Positions 1 through 9,583 of a stretch of DNA of 64,000 nt are shown here, piece after piece (within the stretch, counting starts at the first letter, position 1; each line of letters starts with the position of its first letter). This DNA comes from Sphaerochaetaceae bacterium (GTDB taxonomy: Bacteria; Spirochaetota; Spirochaetia; Sphaerochaetales; Sphaerochaetaceae): positions 25,975-89,974 of the forward strand of contig JAIKXP010000082.1 of assembly GCA_024684115.1 (NCBI GenBank). The letters are read 5' to 3'. Position numbers and translations under genes: made by a program. The notes beneath the pieces were generated by a model. It made no database searches. It was not told where the DNA came from and was given only the letters and a program-made list of their open reading frames with translations.

Positions 1-1445
1 GCATCTTCTTCACCCTGGGGCATGACAAACGGAGTCTTGCATGAAAGGAAGCTGACACAGATAATAACACTCCTGATTATCTCAATATCCCTGTTGACAG
101 CCTCAACTATACACCTTGAAAGGCGGGGCAGAAGAGGGTAGCGCACCATCATGGCACCAATTGAAGTGAGGTTTCTGTTCCTGTCTATGGCATCGAGCAG
201 CAGAAGGGTATTTTCACCGCTGTGCAGTGCTGCCTTATCCGGCTTTGTAATGAAAGGGAACCTCTCGAAGTCCCTGATTCCCAGATCAACCATCCTGAGA
301 ACGACCTCTGAAAGGTCCGTGCGCAGAATCTCTTCCCTTGTGAACTTTGGCCGCCCTTCATAATCCTCTTTGGAGTAGAGCCTGTAGCAGGTGCCTTCAC
401 TTGTCCTTCCGGCTCTGCCCGCCCTCTGGTCGGCCGATGCTCTGCTTATGGTCCTCACCACCAGTGATGAAGTAAAATCATTCTGGTTATAGAAATTCAT
501 CTTGGCAACGCCGCTGTCTATTACAACCCTGATTCCGTCTATTGTAAGGCTGGTTTCGGCAATGTTCGTAGCAAACACTACCTTCATCTTTCCCTTCTGT
601 GTTTCTTCAAAAACCAGTTCCTGCTCTTCCTTGTTCAGCCTTCCATAGAGCGGATAGATCTGAAGGCGTGAGTGGTCGCAGAACTCATAGACTGAGCTTA
701 TACAGTCCTTAATTTCTGCTTCACCGGGGAGGAACACAAGCGTATCCTGATTGTCCGTGTAGTCAGAAGCCTTGAACTGCTTCAGAACCTGGTTCAGTAT
801 CTGACAGACTGCATGGGGCAGCTCACTGTCATTTCTTGAGTTTTCAATGGGGTAGTATTTAATGTTTACGTTGAAAATTCTTCCCTTGATTGAAATTACA
901 GGGGCGTTTCTGCCGCTCCTGTCGGCAAAGAAGGTGGAGAAAACCTTAGTATTGATTGTAGCTGATGAGATTATTACCTTAAGGTCCGGCCTCTCTGCAC
1001 AGATCTGCTTCAAAAGGCCGAGTATGAAGTCTATGTTGAGGCTTCTTTCATGGGCCTCATCAACCATTATTACCGAGTACCTTGAGAGAAGAGGGTCTGT
1101 CTTCATCTCCTGAAGAAGCATGCCGTCGGTGAGGATTTTTATCCTTGTCTTATCGGATGTCGTATCATAGAAACGCATCTTGTATCCGCAGTAGGCGGGA
1201 TCAAGGTTCTCAGGAGCAATCTGCTTCTGTATGTACTCACAGACAGAAAGGGTTGCAATCCTTCTGGGCTGCGTAATACCGACAACTCCCTTATCCGTAT
1301 AGCCGGCATTTTTCAGAATGACAGGCAGCTGGGTAGTCTTTCCGCTTCCGGTCGGACTTTCAACTATTATTACCTGGTTTGATTCAAGTGCACTGACTAT
1401 CTGGTCTCTGTTCTGCCATACGGCAAGTCTGGTCGGATCAATCAT
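1..1445 (-). CDS. ATP-dependent DEAH-box helicase (HrpA/HrpB family), N-terminal 481 codons. The C-terminus runs off the left edge.
   Basis: Absent from the ORF track because it is open at the window edge. My translation from ATG 1445-1443 reads MIDPTRLAVWQNRDQIVSALESNQVIIVESPTGSGKTTQLP... It shows Walker A GSGKTT, DEAH box (MVDEAHERS), SAT, FATNIAETSLTIDG and QRAGRAGR motifs, with no stop down to position 3. ATGA overlap with the hisS stop. Confidence 0.85.
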   Translation of the reverse strand, partial: MIDPTRLAVWQNRDQIVSALESNQVIIVESPTGSGKTTQLPVILKNAGYTDKGVVGITQPRRIATLSVCEYIQKQIAPENLDPAYCGYKMRFYDTTSDKTRIKILTDGMLLQEMKTDPLLSRYSVIMVDEAHERSLNIDFILGLLKQICAERPDLKVIISSATINTKVFSTFFADRSGRNAPVISIKGRIFNVNIKYYPIENSRNDSELPHAVCQILNQVLKQFKASDYTDNQDTLVFLPGEAEIKDCISSVYEFCDHSRLQIYPLYGRLNKEEQELVFEETQKGKMKVVFATNIAETSLTIDGIRVVIDSGVAKMNFYNQNDFTSSLVVRTISRASADQRAGRAGRTSEGTCYRLYSKEDYEGRPKFTREEILRTDLSEVVLRMVDLGIRDFERFPFITKPDKAALHSGENTLLLLDAIDRNRNLTSIGAMMVRYPLLPRLSRCIVEAVNRDIEIIRSVIICVSFLSCKTPFVMPQGEED

Positions 1446-2713
1446 GACAGCTTTTCAACGAGCTCCTTTATGGTGAGGCCATCGAAGACCTTTCTTGTAG
1501 CTATTTCCTTGACGGTAAGTTTTCCGTCCCTGCAGGAACTGACTGCATAAGGAATATGGTTTGCCTCTGCATAGGCGTACTGTGCACCGGCTCCCTTGTC
1601 TCCGCAGTAGCAGTCAACCTTAAGTCCTTCCTTTCTGAGAAGGGAGGCAAGGCTTATATCCACATCTGAAGACTTGAGAAGAAGAACGTCTGCATAGCTT
1701 GAGTCCCTGACAATAGGACTGTCTGTCTCTTCAAGAGCGGCAAGAAGCCTGTCCAGTCCTATACAGGAACCGACTCCCGGAAGGCTGTCCCTGTGGTACA
1801 GACCGGTAAGGTTGTTGTACCTTCCGCCTGAACAGATTGAGCCTATCTGAGGCATCTTGAGCAGTATGGTTTCGTAGACAATTCCGGTGTAGTAATCAAG
1901 GCCGCGGGTAATTGATGTATCAAGAACAAAGTCTTTCTCAATTCCGCAGGACTTCATAAGGGTGAGGATTTCCCTGAGCCTTACAATCTCATCACAGTCT
2001 GCACCGAGCATATCGGAGAGAAGATCAAGGGTCTGAGAGAAGTCTTCCTTCGGAAGGGCTATGAAGCTTTTCACGCTCTCTATGTCCTTTTCACTCATTC
2101 CTGTTTCAGAGAGTATGGCACACACCCCGTCAAGACCTATCTTTCCAAGCTTGTCTATAGCCCTGAGAACCTCATCAACAGAGGAGGGTATGCCGTTCTT
2201 CTCAAGGTACCTGTTCAGTAGTCCCCTGTGGGAAACAAGAACCCTGAAATCTCCTATGTTCATGGTCTTAAGGCATGTGTGGATAAGAAGAAGGATTTCA
2301 AAATCACTCTGGGCGTTGTCCGCGCCGATTATATCAAAGTCGCACTGTAAAAATTCTCTGTAGCGGCCCTTCTGAGGTTTCTCACCCCTCCAGACCTTGG
2401 CAATATGGTATCTCTTGAACGGGAATCTCAGACTGTTGTAGTTTGCGGAAACAAACCTTGCAAGAGGAACGGTTAGGTCAAACCTGAGAGAAACATCCCT
2501 GTTACCGTTGTCATTGAAGCGGAACATCTGCTTGTCGGTCTCTCCGCCACCCTTGCCGAGAAGTACCTCTGAGTACTCTATGCATGGGGTGTCAATCGGA
2601 ACAAAACCGAAGCTTCTGAATATATCCTGAATTTTCGAAATAAGATTCTGTCTTACTATTTCCTGAGAGGGGAGGCTGTCCCTGAATCCCTTAAGAACTT
2701 TTGGTTCTATCAT
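1442..2713 (-). CDS. hisS: Histidine--tRNA ligase
   Basis: 423-aa ORF. The N-terminus KGFRDSLP, the RYREFLQCDFDIIG motif and the GGRYNNL motif are typical of class II HisRS. Confidence 0.93.
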   Translation of the reverse strand: MIEPKVLKGFRDSLPSQEIVRQNLISKIQDIFRSFGFVPIDTPCIEYSEVLLGKGGGETDKQMFRFNDNGNRDVSLRFDLTVPLARFVSANYNSLRFPFKRYHIAKVWRGEKPQKGRYREFLQCDFDIIGADNAQSDFEILLLIHTCLKTMNIGDFRVLVSHRGLLNRYLEKNGIPSSVDEVLRAIDKLGKIGLDGVCAILSETGMSEKDIESVKSFIALPKEDFSQTLDLLSDMLGADCDEIVRLREILTLMKSCGIEKDFVLDTSITRGLDYYTGIVYETILLKMPQIGSICSGGRYNNLTGLYHRDSLPGVGSCIGLDRLLAALEETDSPIVRDSSYADVLLLKSSDVDISLASLLRKEGLKVDCYCGDKGAGAQYAYAEANHIPYAVSSCRDGKLTVKEIATRKVFDGLTIKELVEKLS

Positions 2714-2727
2714 GTATTCTCCATATG

Positions 2728-2757
2728 TTGAATTTTTACCGATAATATGTGTATTAT
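2728..2757 (+). promoter_or_regulatory. Candidate sigma70-type promoter for the pcnB-like gene (TTGAAT-18 nt-TATTAT)
   Basis: Hexamers read directly in the 65-nt divergent hisS/pcnB intergenic region. No SD is visible before ATG 2779. Confidence 0.3.
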
Positions 2758-2778
2758 CATATATAGTTTGCAGTTTTT

Positions 2779-3942
2779 ATGAAAGTAAGATATAAGAATT
2801 TGGACGGAAAACTCAAAGCAGTTTCCCGTGTATATACGGAAGAAGAGCATAAACTCGATTTCAGCAAAATAGACCCGGATGCAATCAAGGTAACGGAACG
2901 TCTTCAGGAAAAAGGGTATGAGGCTTATATAGTCGGCGGAGCCGTCAGGGATATTCTCATAGGCAAGCAGCCCAAGGACTTTGATATTGTCACAGACGCT
3001 TCCCCGCGTCAGGTTCACAAGATATTCAGAAACTCAAGACTCATAGGTCACCGTTTCAGGATAGTTCATGTAATCTACGGCAAGAAGATCTTTGAAGTGT
3101 CCACATTCAGAAGCACAGCCGAGCATGATGACTACTCAGACAACAACTACGGCACCATGGAGGAAGATGCTTCCAGAAGGGATTTCTCCATAAACAGCCT
3201 CTACTACAATCCCTCTGACAGAACCATAACAGACTTCAACGGGGCACTTAATGACCTCAGAAACAAAAAGATAAGATCCCTCATTCCTCTTTACAGGACC
3301 TTCATTGAAGATCCTGTCAGGATGATCCGTGCCGTAAAGCTTGCAGCAGTTACCGGTTTTTCAATGAATTTTTCACTGAGAATTGCCATAAAGAAGTACG
3401 CTTCAACCCTTGAGAGTGTAAGCTCTTCAAGACTCACGGAAGAGGTAAACAAGATTCTGAGCAGCGGTCACAGCTGCGATATAATCAGGGAACTTTCAAG
3501 GTTCGGTCTTCTTGTATATATTCTTCCGTGCCTTTCCGTATACATAAGATTCAGCCAGCTGTTTGACTCACTTCAGGAGCTTGATGATGAGGTGAACAGA
3601 CTCAAGGAAAACGGAGAGGACATACCGCTTTCACTCCTTTATTACAAGCTTGTATCTCCTTTCATAACAGACACTTCTCCCGAGCTCTCCTCTCAGGAAA
3701 CATTCAGGGATATTTTCAGACAGGTCAAGGTTCTCATAAGCCCGAACACTCCTCCGAATCAGGAGCTTGAAAATGCTGTTGTCATATACATGAAGGAAAA
3801 GGGCTACAAGTTAAAGCGCCAGGTAAGGAAGGCTGAGCCCAAACCGAAGGAAAAACAGAACGCACAGAGTGCAAGAAAGGCCAGAAACCGCTCCTACTAC
3901 GCAAAAAGAAGCAAAAAAGCTACTCCCAGATCTGAACAGTAA
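2779..3942 (+). CDS. pcnB: Poly(A) polymerase / tRNA nucleotidyltransferase family protein (PcnB-like)
   Basis: GGAVRDILIGKQPKDFDIVTDA nucleotidyltransferase motif followed by RLIGHRFRIVHVIYGKKIFEVSTFR, the PcnB-type pattern. Lys/Arg-rich C-terminal tail. Confidence 0.75.
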   Translation: MKVRYKNLDGKLKAVSRVYTEEEHKLDFSKIDPDAIKVTERLQEKGYEAYIVGGAVRDILIGKQPKDFDIVTDASPRQVHKIFRNSRLIGHRFRIVHVIYGKKIFEVSTFRSTAEHDDYSDNNYGTMEEDASRRDFSINSLYYNPSDRTITDFNGALNDLRNKKIRSLIPLYRTFIEDPVRMIRAVKLAAVTGFSMNFSLRIAIKKYASTLESVSSSRLTEEVNKILSSGHSCDIIRELSRFGLLVYILPCLSVYIRFSQLFDSLQELDDEVNRLKENGEDIPLSLLYYKLVSPFITDTSPELSSQETFRDIFRQVKVLISPNTPPNQELENAVVIYMKEKGYKLKRQVRKAEPKPKEKQNAQSARKARNRSYYAKRSKKATPRSEQ

Positions 3943-4771
3943 GGGTTACCGTGTTTATCATGATTCCGCCGTATCTTTCCAGGGAATCTGAAATATATTC
4001 CTTAAGCTCGAGCTTCTTCTGACTGTCCATGGAAACCGGGGTTCTCAAGGTTACATCCAGGTTGTAGCCCTCATCCGTATTCGTGAACTTTACGTCTTCA
4101 ACCTTAAGTATATTTTCATACTCGTACAGACAGTGCCTTATCATCTGTTTTACGGCAGCTTCAGTTATGCTTGTCTTCTCCAGCTTGCTGAACTCGGGAC
4201 GTACAAGGGTGTTCTCGGAAACATCTATCCTGTTTCTGCCTCCAATTCTCCTTATTCCCGTCTTTATGCTGTCATAGACAATTGAAGGGTAGTTTCTTGC
4301 AACCTGAAGGGGAGCCACGGGAATAACATGCTTGCCCTCGGTGTATCTTGTTCTCATGGCAGTATTTATCTCGTCTTCTGTTGCAATGTCTTCAATGTGG
4401 ATAATTACCTTTGGCTGGGGCAGATTCAGTCTTGCGGCTATCTTTGTGACCATGTTTTCAGAGGTTCCTATTATGAGGATCTTCCTGAATTTTTCCCTGT
4501 CCAGGGCCTGGATTACAGCCTGCTGGTGGTCAGGGTCCTGGAAGAGGGCGCTTTTAACGGCACCTATGAAGCTCACTTCCTGCTTGGCACTTTTGCCGAC
4601 TACTATCCTGTTTCCCCTGATCAGAAGCCCGTCATCTATTATGAGCGGAATGTGGTGAGTCTTTGCAACGGACTGGGCCCTGAAGCTTTTTCCTGAGCCG
4701 CTTCTGCCAACAAGTCCGTAAACCTTGACAGGCAGTTTTGAAAAAAGAAAAGAAAATAAGCCGCTCTTCAT
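3920..4771 (-). CDS. Uncharacterised P-loop NTPase with a C-terminal Asp23/Gls24-like region (tentative)
   Basis: 283-aa ORF. Walker A GRSGSGKS lies near the N-terminus. The C-terminal ~85 aa (ITEAAVKQMIRHCL...NLDVTLRTPV...INTVTLTVQIWE) resemble the Asp23 pattern as I remember it. The 3' end overlaps pcnB by 23 nt. Confidence 0.55.
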   Translation of the reverse strand: MKSGLFSFLFSKLPVKVYGLVGRSGSGKSFRAQSVAKTHHIPLIIDDGLLIRGNRIVVGKSAKQEVSFIGAVKSALFQDPDHQQAVIQALDREKFRKILIIGTSENMVTKIAARLNLPQPKVIIHIEDIATEDEINTAMRTRYTEGKHVIPVAPLQVARNYPSIVYDSIKTGIRRIGGRNRIDVSENTLVRPEFSKLEKTSITEAAVKQMIRHCLYEYENILKVEDVKFTNTDEGYNLDVTLRTPVSMDSQKKLELKEYISDSLERYGGIMINTVTLTVQIWE

Positions 4772-4838
4772 AGTTTAAATTATACTTTCTATGCTGTAAC
4801 ATTAAAAGTAATTTGACCACAATTTTGAAGTTTGAAAT

Positions 4839-6593
4839 ATGAAATTAATACTTGGTGCCTACAGTCAGTTACCGCAGGGTTCTTCAAATGAAGAGTTTGA
4901 GGCTCTGCTTTCAAATCAGCTAACGCCTCTGCTTATAAGCCTGTACAACAACCCTGATTACAGGATTGTTCTTAAGCTCAGCACCTATGAATTTGAATGG
5001 ATTGAAATAAGGCACCCCGAGATAAACATGCTCATAAGGAACCTGGCACAGAAGGGTCAGGTAGAGCTTTTGAGTTCTACCTACAGGGACTCACTTCTTC
5101 CGCTTATTCCGTCCCATGAGCTTTCAAACCACATAGAGAAGACCACAACCTACATAAGAAAGAAAATCGGCAAGAAGCCGCGCGGTCTGTGGTGCCCGTA
5201 CCAGATTTTCAAGACTTCGGTAGTATCGGTAATGGATGTAAGCACTCTTGATTACATTATGCTTTCCCAGTACTCGGCCACCAGTGATACTGTCATGTAC
5301 AACAAGCCTTTTGTCATGAATGAGCTTGGAAAGAAGACAACTGTCTTCCCGTTTGATGACAGATTCAGCAGGGAAGTCAGTGAATTCAACAGGTCAAAGA
5401 CAGGTCTTGAGAAGTTTTTGAGAAACATAAAGAAACTCTGCTCAGGCGGACTTATGAGCATAGAGACCATAATGATAAACATGGACCAGCTTCTCTTCAG
5501 CCATGGAAGTGCAGAGATTTATAATATAATTCTGGGAGAGACCGGAAACAGGTGCATGCTTCCATCCGAATACCTTGAAACCAGCGGTCTGCCATCCAGG
5601 TACTATGTGCCTGACGGTATTTACGGTAGGGATTTCAAATACCAGAACTTCTGGTCCATACACCAGTACATATTAAAGGACTCATATCTTACAAAGCTCT
5701 TTAACTCGGTGAACTCAATGAGGGACATAATCAAGACCTTCAGGAAGAATTCACCGGAGAGAAATACTCTTGATTACAGTTTCATAAGGTGTGAATCAGG
5801 CTGTCCCTATATTCCGGATTTCAAGTACAACACAGAAATAAAAAGGCATGTAAGCAAGAACATGGGAGAAATCCTTGATATACTCTCCAATTCTTCAAGT
5901 TCCTTCCCCAATGATCTGGACCACAGCCCGTACACACATCTTATAAAGCAGAAGTCCTACTTTGCGGACCTGAATGAAAAAGGAGCTGAGATTAGTTTTC
6001 TCTTCTTCTGTCAGCCGAAGTTTGACTTTCTTCTTCACAACTCATCAGGTCTTTACACTGAAACAATCAGAAACTCAGTTACGGGCAAGAGCACGGACCT
6101 TTCAAACAAACTCTTCATCTGCAGTGTTGAAGACAGGAAGAACACTGAATTCATTCTGAGCACAAAGGCAGAATCTGAAAAGACAAACCTGCAGATTACA
6201 AAGCACTACAAGTTCAGACCTTCCTCATTCTCGGTTGACTATGAGATAGAGAACCCTGGAGAAACCAGGACAAATGAATGCACCCTTGAAATAAACCTCA
6301 ACCTCTCCATGTCTTCAAAGAGCCACATATCCTATGAAGGGTCCGGAGAAGAGGCAAAGACAAGGTTTATAACACTTTCAGATGAGAACTACCCCGTAAC
6401 AGCTTCCGTCTCCCTTTCCGAAGGACTGGATTTCACGGTAAAAGATATTGAACATACCGGAGACACCTATCTTGGAGAGAAGTTGTTTTATCAGTACACT
6501 CAGATTAAATTTCGTAAAATATTGAACCTGGAAGCCGGAGAGAAATGTAGTTTCTCCTCCGTCTTCAGAATGGATGTCAATAAAAGGAGATAG
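4839..6593 (+). CDS. Glycoside hydrolase family 57-like protein, apparently lacking catalytic residues
   Basis: 584-aa ORF. The region GQVELLSSTYRDSLLPLIP...GLWCPYQIF aligns by eye to the GH57 blocks (GQ.E...FYEP.L..IP ... G.W..ERVW). The N-terminal HQP block reads SQLP. Confidence 0.45.
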   Translation: MKLILGAYSQLPQGSSNEEFEALLSNQLTPLLISLYNNPDYRIVLKLSTYEFEWIEIRHPEINMLIRNLAQKGQVELLSSTYRDSLLPLIPSHELSNHIEKTTTYIRKKIGKKPRGLWCPYQIFKTSVVSVMDVSTLDYIMLSQYSATSDTVMYNKPFVMNELGKKTTVFPFDDRFSREVSEFNRSKTGLEKFLRNIKKLCSGGLMSIETIMINMDQLLFSHGSAEIYNIILGETGNRCMLPSEYLETSGLPSRYYVPDGIYGRDFKYQNFWSIHQYILKDSYLTKLFNSVNSMRDIIKTFRKNSPERNTLDYSFIRCESGCPYIPDFKYNTEIKRHVSKNMGEILDILSNSSSSFPNDLDHSPYTHLIKQKSYFADLNEKGAEISFLFFCQPKFDFLLHNSSGLYTETIRNSVTGKSTDLSNKLFICSVEDRKNTEFILSTKAESEKTNLQITKHYKFRPSSFSVDYEIENPGETRTNECTLEINLNLSMSSKSHISYEGSGEEAKTRFITLSDENYPVTASVSLSEGLDFTVKDIEHTGDTYLGEKLFYQYTQIKFRKILNLEAGEKCSFSSVFRMDVNKRR

Positions 6594-6595
6594 AG

Positions 6596-7700
6596 ATGAC
6601 ATTAGAAAACAGAGCACTTCTTGAACAGCTGAAGACAGAATCCCAATCAATCTGGAGGGGACTTTGACCCGGAGGGTCAGAAGAAAACTCTCGCAGAACT
6701 TGAACAGAAGACCCTTGAACCGGGCTTCTGGAATGATAAACAGAATGCAGACTCAGTGTTTGCACAGATGAACGCAATCAAAGACATTATTATTCCGTTT
6801 GAACAGCTTCTTTCGGATATTGATGAAACATATGACCTTATTGCCCTCTACGAAGAGGAAGATGACGGAAATCCTGAATACGCAGCTGAGGTAGACGCAA
6901 AGATTCTCTCCCTTCAGAATGAATTCAAGCCGCTCAAACTCAAGACTCTTCTTAACGGCAAGTATGACAAGGGAGACGTGTTCCTTACCATCCATGCAGG
7001 AGCCGGTGGAACAGAGGCCTGTGACTGGACAAGCATGCTTATGCGTATGTACCTCAGATGGTGCGAAAAGCATAAGTTCAAGACAGAGATTCTTGACATG
7101 CTTGAAGATGAAGGCGGATACAAGAGCGTAACAATCCAGGTTTCCGGACCCTATGCCTTCGGTTACCTTAAAGGAGAAGCCGGAGTACACAGACTGGTCA
7201 GAATCTCTCCGTTTGATTCAAACGCCAGAAGACACACCTCCTTCTCAGCCGTATACGCATCTCCTGTAGTTGAAGACAACATTGATATAGAAATCAAACC
7301 TGAAGACATAAGAATTGATACATACAGGGCCGGTGGAGCCGGCGGTCAGCACGTTAACAAGACTGACTCAGCCGTCAGAATTACCCACTATCCGACAGGT
7401 ATAGTCGTTCAGTGTCAGAATGAGAGATCTCAGCAGATGAACAAGGATTTCTGTTTCAAGATGCTCAGAAGCCGTCTTTATGACTACTACAGCGAAAAAC
7501 TTGCTGAAGAACATGCAGCTGAAGCAATCGAGAAAAAGAACAACGAGTGGGGCTCTCAGATCAGAAGCTATGTCTTCCAGCCGTACACCATGGTTAAAGA
7601 TGTAAGAACCGGCGAACAGACCGGAAACATCCAGGCTGTAATGGACGGTGAAATTGACAACTTCATTGAGGCATTCCTCCGCTGGAATCAGGAGAAATAA
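6596..7700 (+). CDS. prfB: Peptide chain release factor 2, made by a programmed +1 frameshift (frame 0 is 6596-6664, then the +1 frame from 6666)
   Basis: A short frame-0 ORF MTLENRALLEQLKTESQSIWRGL ends at CTT TGA C. The +1 frame continues DPEGQKKTLAELEQ... into the track ORF 6756..7700, which carries GGQHVNKTDSAVR (GGQ motif) and SPF. Confidence 0.93.
6654..6668 (+). promoter_or_regulatory. prfB +1 frameshift site: internal SD GGAGG, 3-nt spacer, CTT TGA C
   Basis: The sequence GGAGGGGACTTTGAC was read directly. It has the same architecture as the E. coli prfB recoding site. Confidence 0.9.
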
Positions 7701-8738
7701 TTGAAGAAAGTCTTTTTCTGCTGCCTCATGCTCCTTATTTCTTCTCTCTGTTTTGCAGAAAGCATTAACGTGTGCATTTACCCGGCAAACAAGACTGTTT
7801 CAGACTATCTGCTTAATACCGTAAAGACGGTACCGTATTCTGAAGAGCTTGCCGGGAAGATAGGAGAACAGAGACAGAGGACCGATAAGCTCAAGCTGGA
7901 GGACAACCTCCATAAGGCTTACCTCTCTGAAAATGAGAGTTCAATAGAGAAAAGCAGAAAGGCTCTTGAAGAGTATAAGTATGAAGGCTCTGAGGAGGAC
8001 TTTGAAATAGTAATCCGCAGTTATCTCGGAAACATGGATGAGAAGTATCTGCAGGATAAGGAGTTTCTCTCCTATATCTGCCGTACTACCGAGTCAGATG
8101 TGCTCATAATCAACGAAACGGTCAACCTGGATTCGCTGAGTATGAGAACGATTAGGATATACAGCGCCCTTAATAACGATATAACTGAGATTTCTACAAA
8201 GCTTTCAAGTGAGTCTGATTTATTTACAGCTGAAGAACTTAAGGCTATTTCCATATTCTTTAACGCAGAGACGGAAGAGAAAGAGAGTACTGAGATAAAA
8301 ACGGTTGAAAAACCCCTTACTGTCAGGTCTAATGTTCCATCTTCAGTAAAGCTTGCAGGAATATATGAAGGGGAGACTCCCTTTACCTTCACTTCCTACA
8401 CGCTTCCTATGGTTCTCAATGTTTCAGCTGAAGGGTATTCAGACAGGTACGTGTATATTACCGAAGAGACAGAGGAAATAAATGCTGTCTTAAAGCCGCA
8501 GTGGATGGAGGACAGGGAGATTTATTCAAAGGTAAAGGAGCGTTTTTACTATTCCTTTGCCGGAGCTCTGCTTTCAGTCGGTGTTCAGGCACTGGTGAAT
8601 TCACTTATTCCTTCGAACTCTTCAATCAAGCCGTATGCTCAGAGCATTTCAGGTGCCCTGAGCGTTATAAGCATAGGCAATTTTATTTATAATGTAATTG
8701 ATTACTACAATTTTGCCGACTACAACTCAAAAAGGTGA
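7701..8738 (+). CDS. Secreted or membrane-anchored protein with a PEGA-like domain (TTG start)
   Basis: Signal peptide MKKVFFCCLMLLISSLCFA. The segment LTVRSNVPSSVKLAGIYEGETPFTF...LNVSAEGYSDRYVYI resembles a PEGA domain. There is a C-terminal hydrophobic segment. It starts directly after the prfB stop. Confidence 0.55.
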   Translation: MKKVFFCCLMLLISSLCFAESINVCIYPANKTVSDYLLNTVKTVPYSEELAGKIGEQRQRTDKLKLEDNLHKAYLSENESSIEKSRKALEEYKYEGSEEDFEIVIRSYLGNMDEKYLQDKEFLSYICRTTESDVLIINETVNLDSLSMRTIRIYSALNNDITEISTKLSSESDLFTAEELKAISIFFNAETEEKESTEIKTVEKPLTVRSNVPSSVKLAGIYEGETPFTFTSYTLPMVLNVSAEGYSDRYVYITEETEEINAVLKPQWMEDREIYSKVKERFYYSFAGALLSVGVQALVNSLIPSNSSIKPYAQSISGALSVISIGNFIYNVIDYYNFADYNSKR

Positions 8739-8743
8739 AAACA

Positions 8744-9583
8744 ATGGGATTTGGTGCAAAACTTGCTAAACTTTTCGGATTCAGGAAGACTCTTGACGAG
8801 TCTTTCTTTGAAGATCTTGAAGATACTCTTATTGAGGGAGACCTCGGCTCCAGAAATGCAATGGAGATAAGCGACCTTGTAAGGGATAAAAAACCTAAGA
8901 CAGAGGAGGAGCTTTCAGATATAGTCAGGGAGGCACTTTCTGACAAGATAAGCTCCACAGAGCTCATGCCGGTGAGGGGAGAACTTAACGTCTATCTTGT
9001 TCTGGGTGTTAACGGAGTCGGTAAGACCACTTCTATCGGAAAGATGGCAAAGTATTATACATCTAAGGGTTACAAGGTTCTTATGGCTGCTGCAGACACT
9101 TTCAGGGCTGCTGCCATTGAGCAGCTTGAGCTTCATGCAGAGCGCACCGGTACAAGAATTGTTCACCAGGCCACAGGAAGTGACCCGGGAGCTGTTGTAT
9201 ACGATGCAATCACAAGTGCCCTTGCAAGGGGAGATGAGCTTATTCTCTGTGATACTGCCGGAAGAATGCACAACAAGGAAAACCTCATGAAGGAGCTTCA
9301 GAAGATCAACAGGATCATTGGAGCCAGGGTAAAACCGGAGAACGTGAAGAAGATCCTTGTTCTTGATGCAACAACAGGTCAGAACGCAGTAAGCCAGGCC
9401 AGGCTGTTCAATGAAGCTGTTAAGCTGGATGCCATTATTCTTACCAAGTACGACTCACAGTCAAAGGCCGGTGCCCTGACTCAGATTGGAATTCCGGTAG
9501 CCTTTGTCGGTACCGGTGAGCACTATGAAGACTTCAAGAAGTTTGACAGTGATGAGTATATAAAGAGTCTTACGGGAAAATGA
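8744..9583 (+). CDS. ftsY: Signal recognition particle receptor FtsY
   Basis: GVNGVGKTTSIGK P-loop, DTAGR and TKYD motifs of the SRP GTPase family. I prefer ATG 8744 over the GTG 8735 given in the track. Confidence 0.92.
   Translation: MGFGAKLAKLFGFRKTLDESFFEDLEDTLIEGDLGSRNAMEISDLVRDKKPKTEEELSDIVREALSDKISSTELMPVRGELNVYLVLGVNGVGKTTSIGKMAKYYTSKGYKVLMAAADTFRAAAIEQLELHAERTGTRIVHQATGSDPGAVVYDAITSALARGDELILCDTAGRMHNKENLMKELQKINRIIGARVKPENVKKILVLDATTGQNAVSQARLFNEAVKLDAIILTKYDSQSKAGALTQIGIPVAFVGTGEHYEDFKKFDSDEYIKSLTGK

Noticed and set aside
151-400. Two ~70-aa ORFs, 151-363 (+) and 185-400 (-).
   Set aside because: Both lie inside the edge-truncated DEAH helicase reading frame, which is open across this whole region and carries the helicase motifs.
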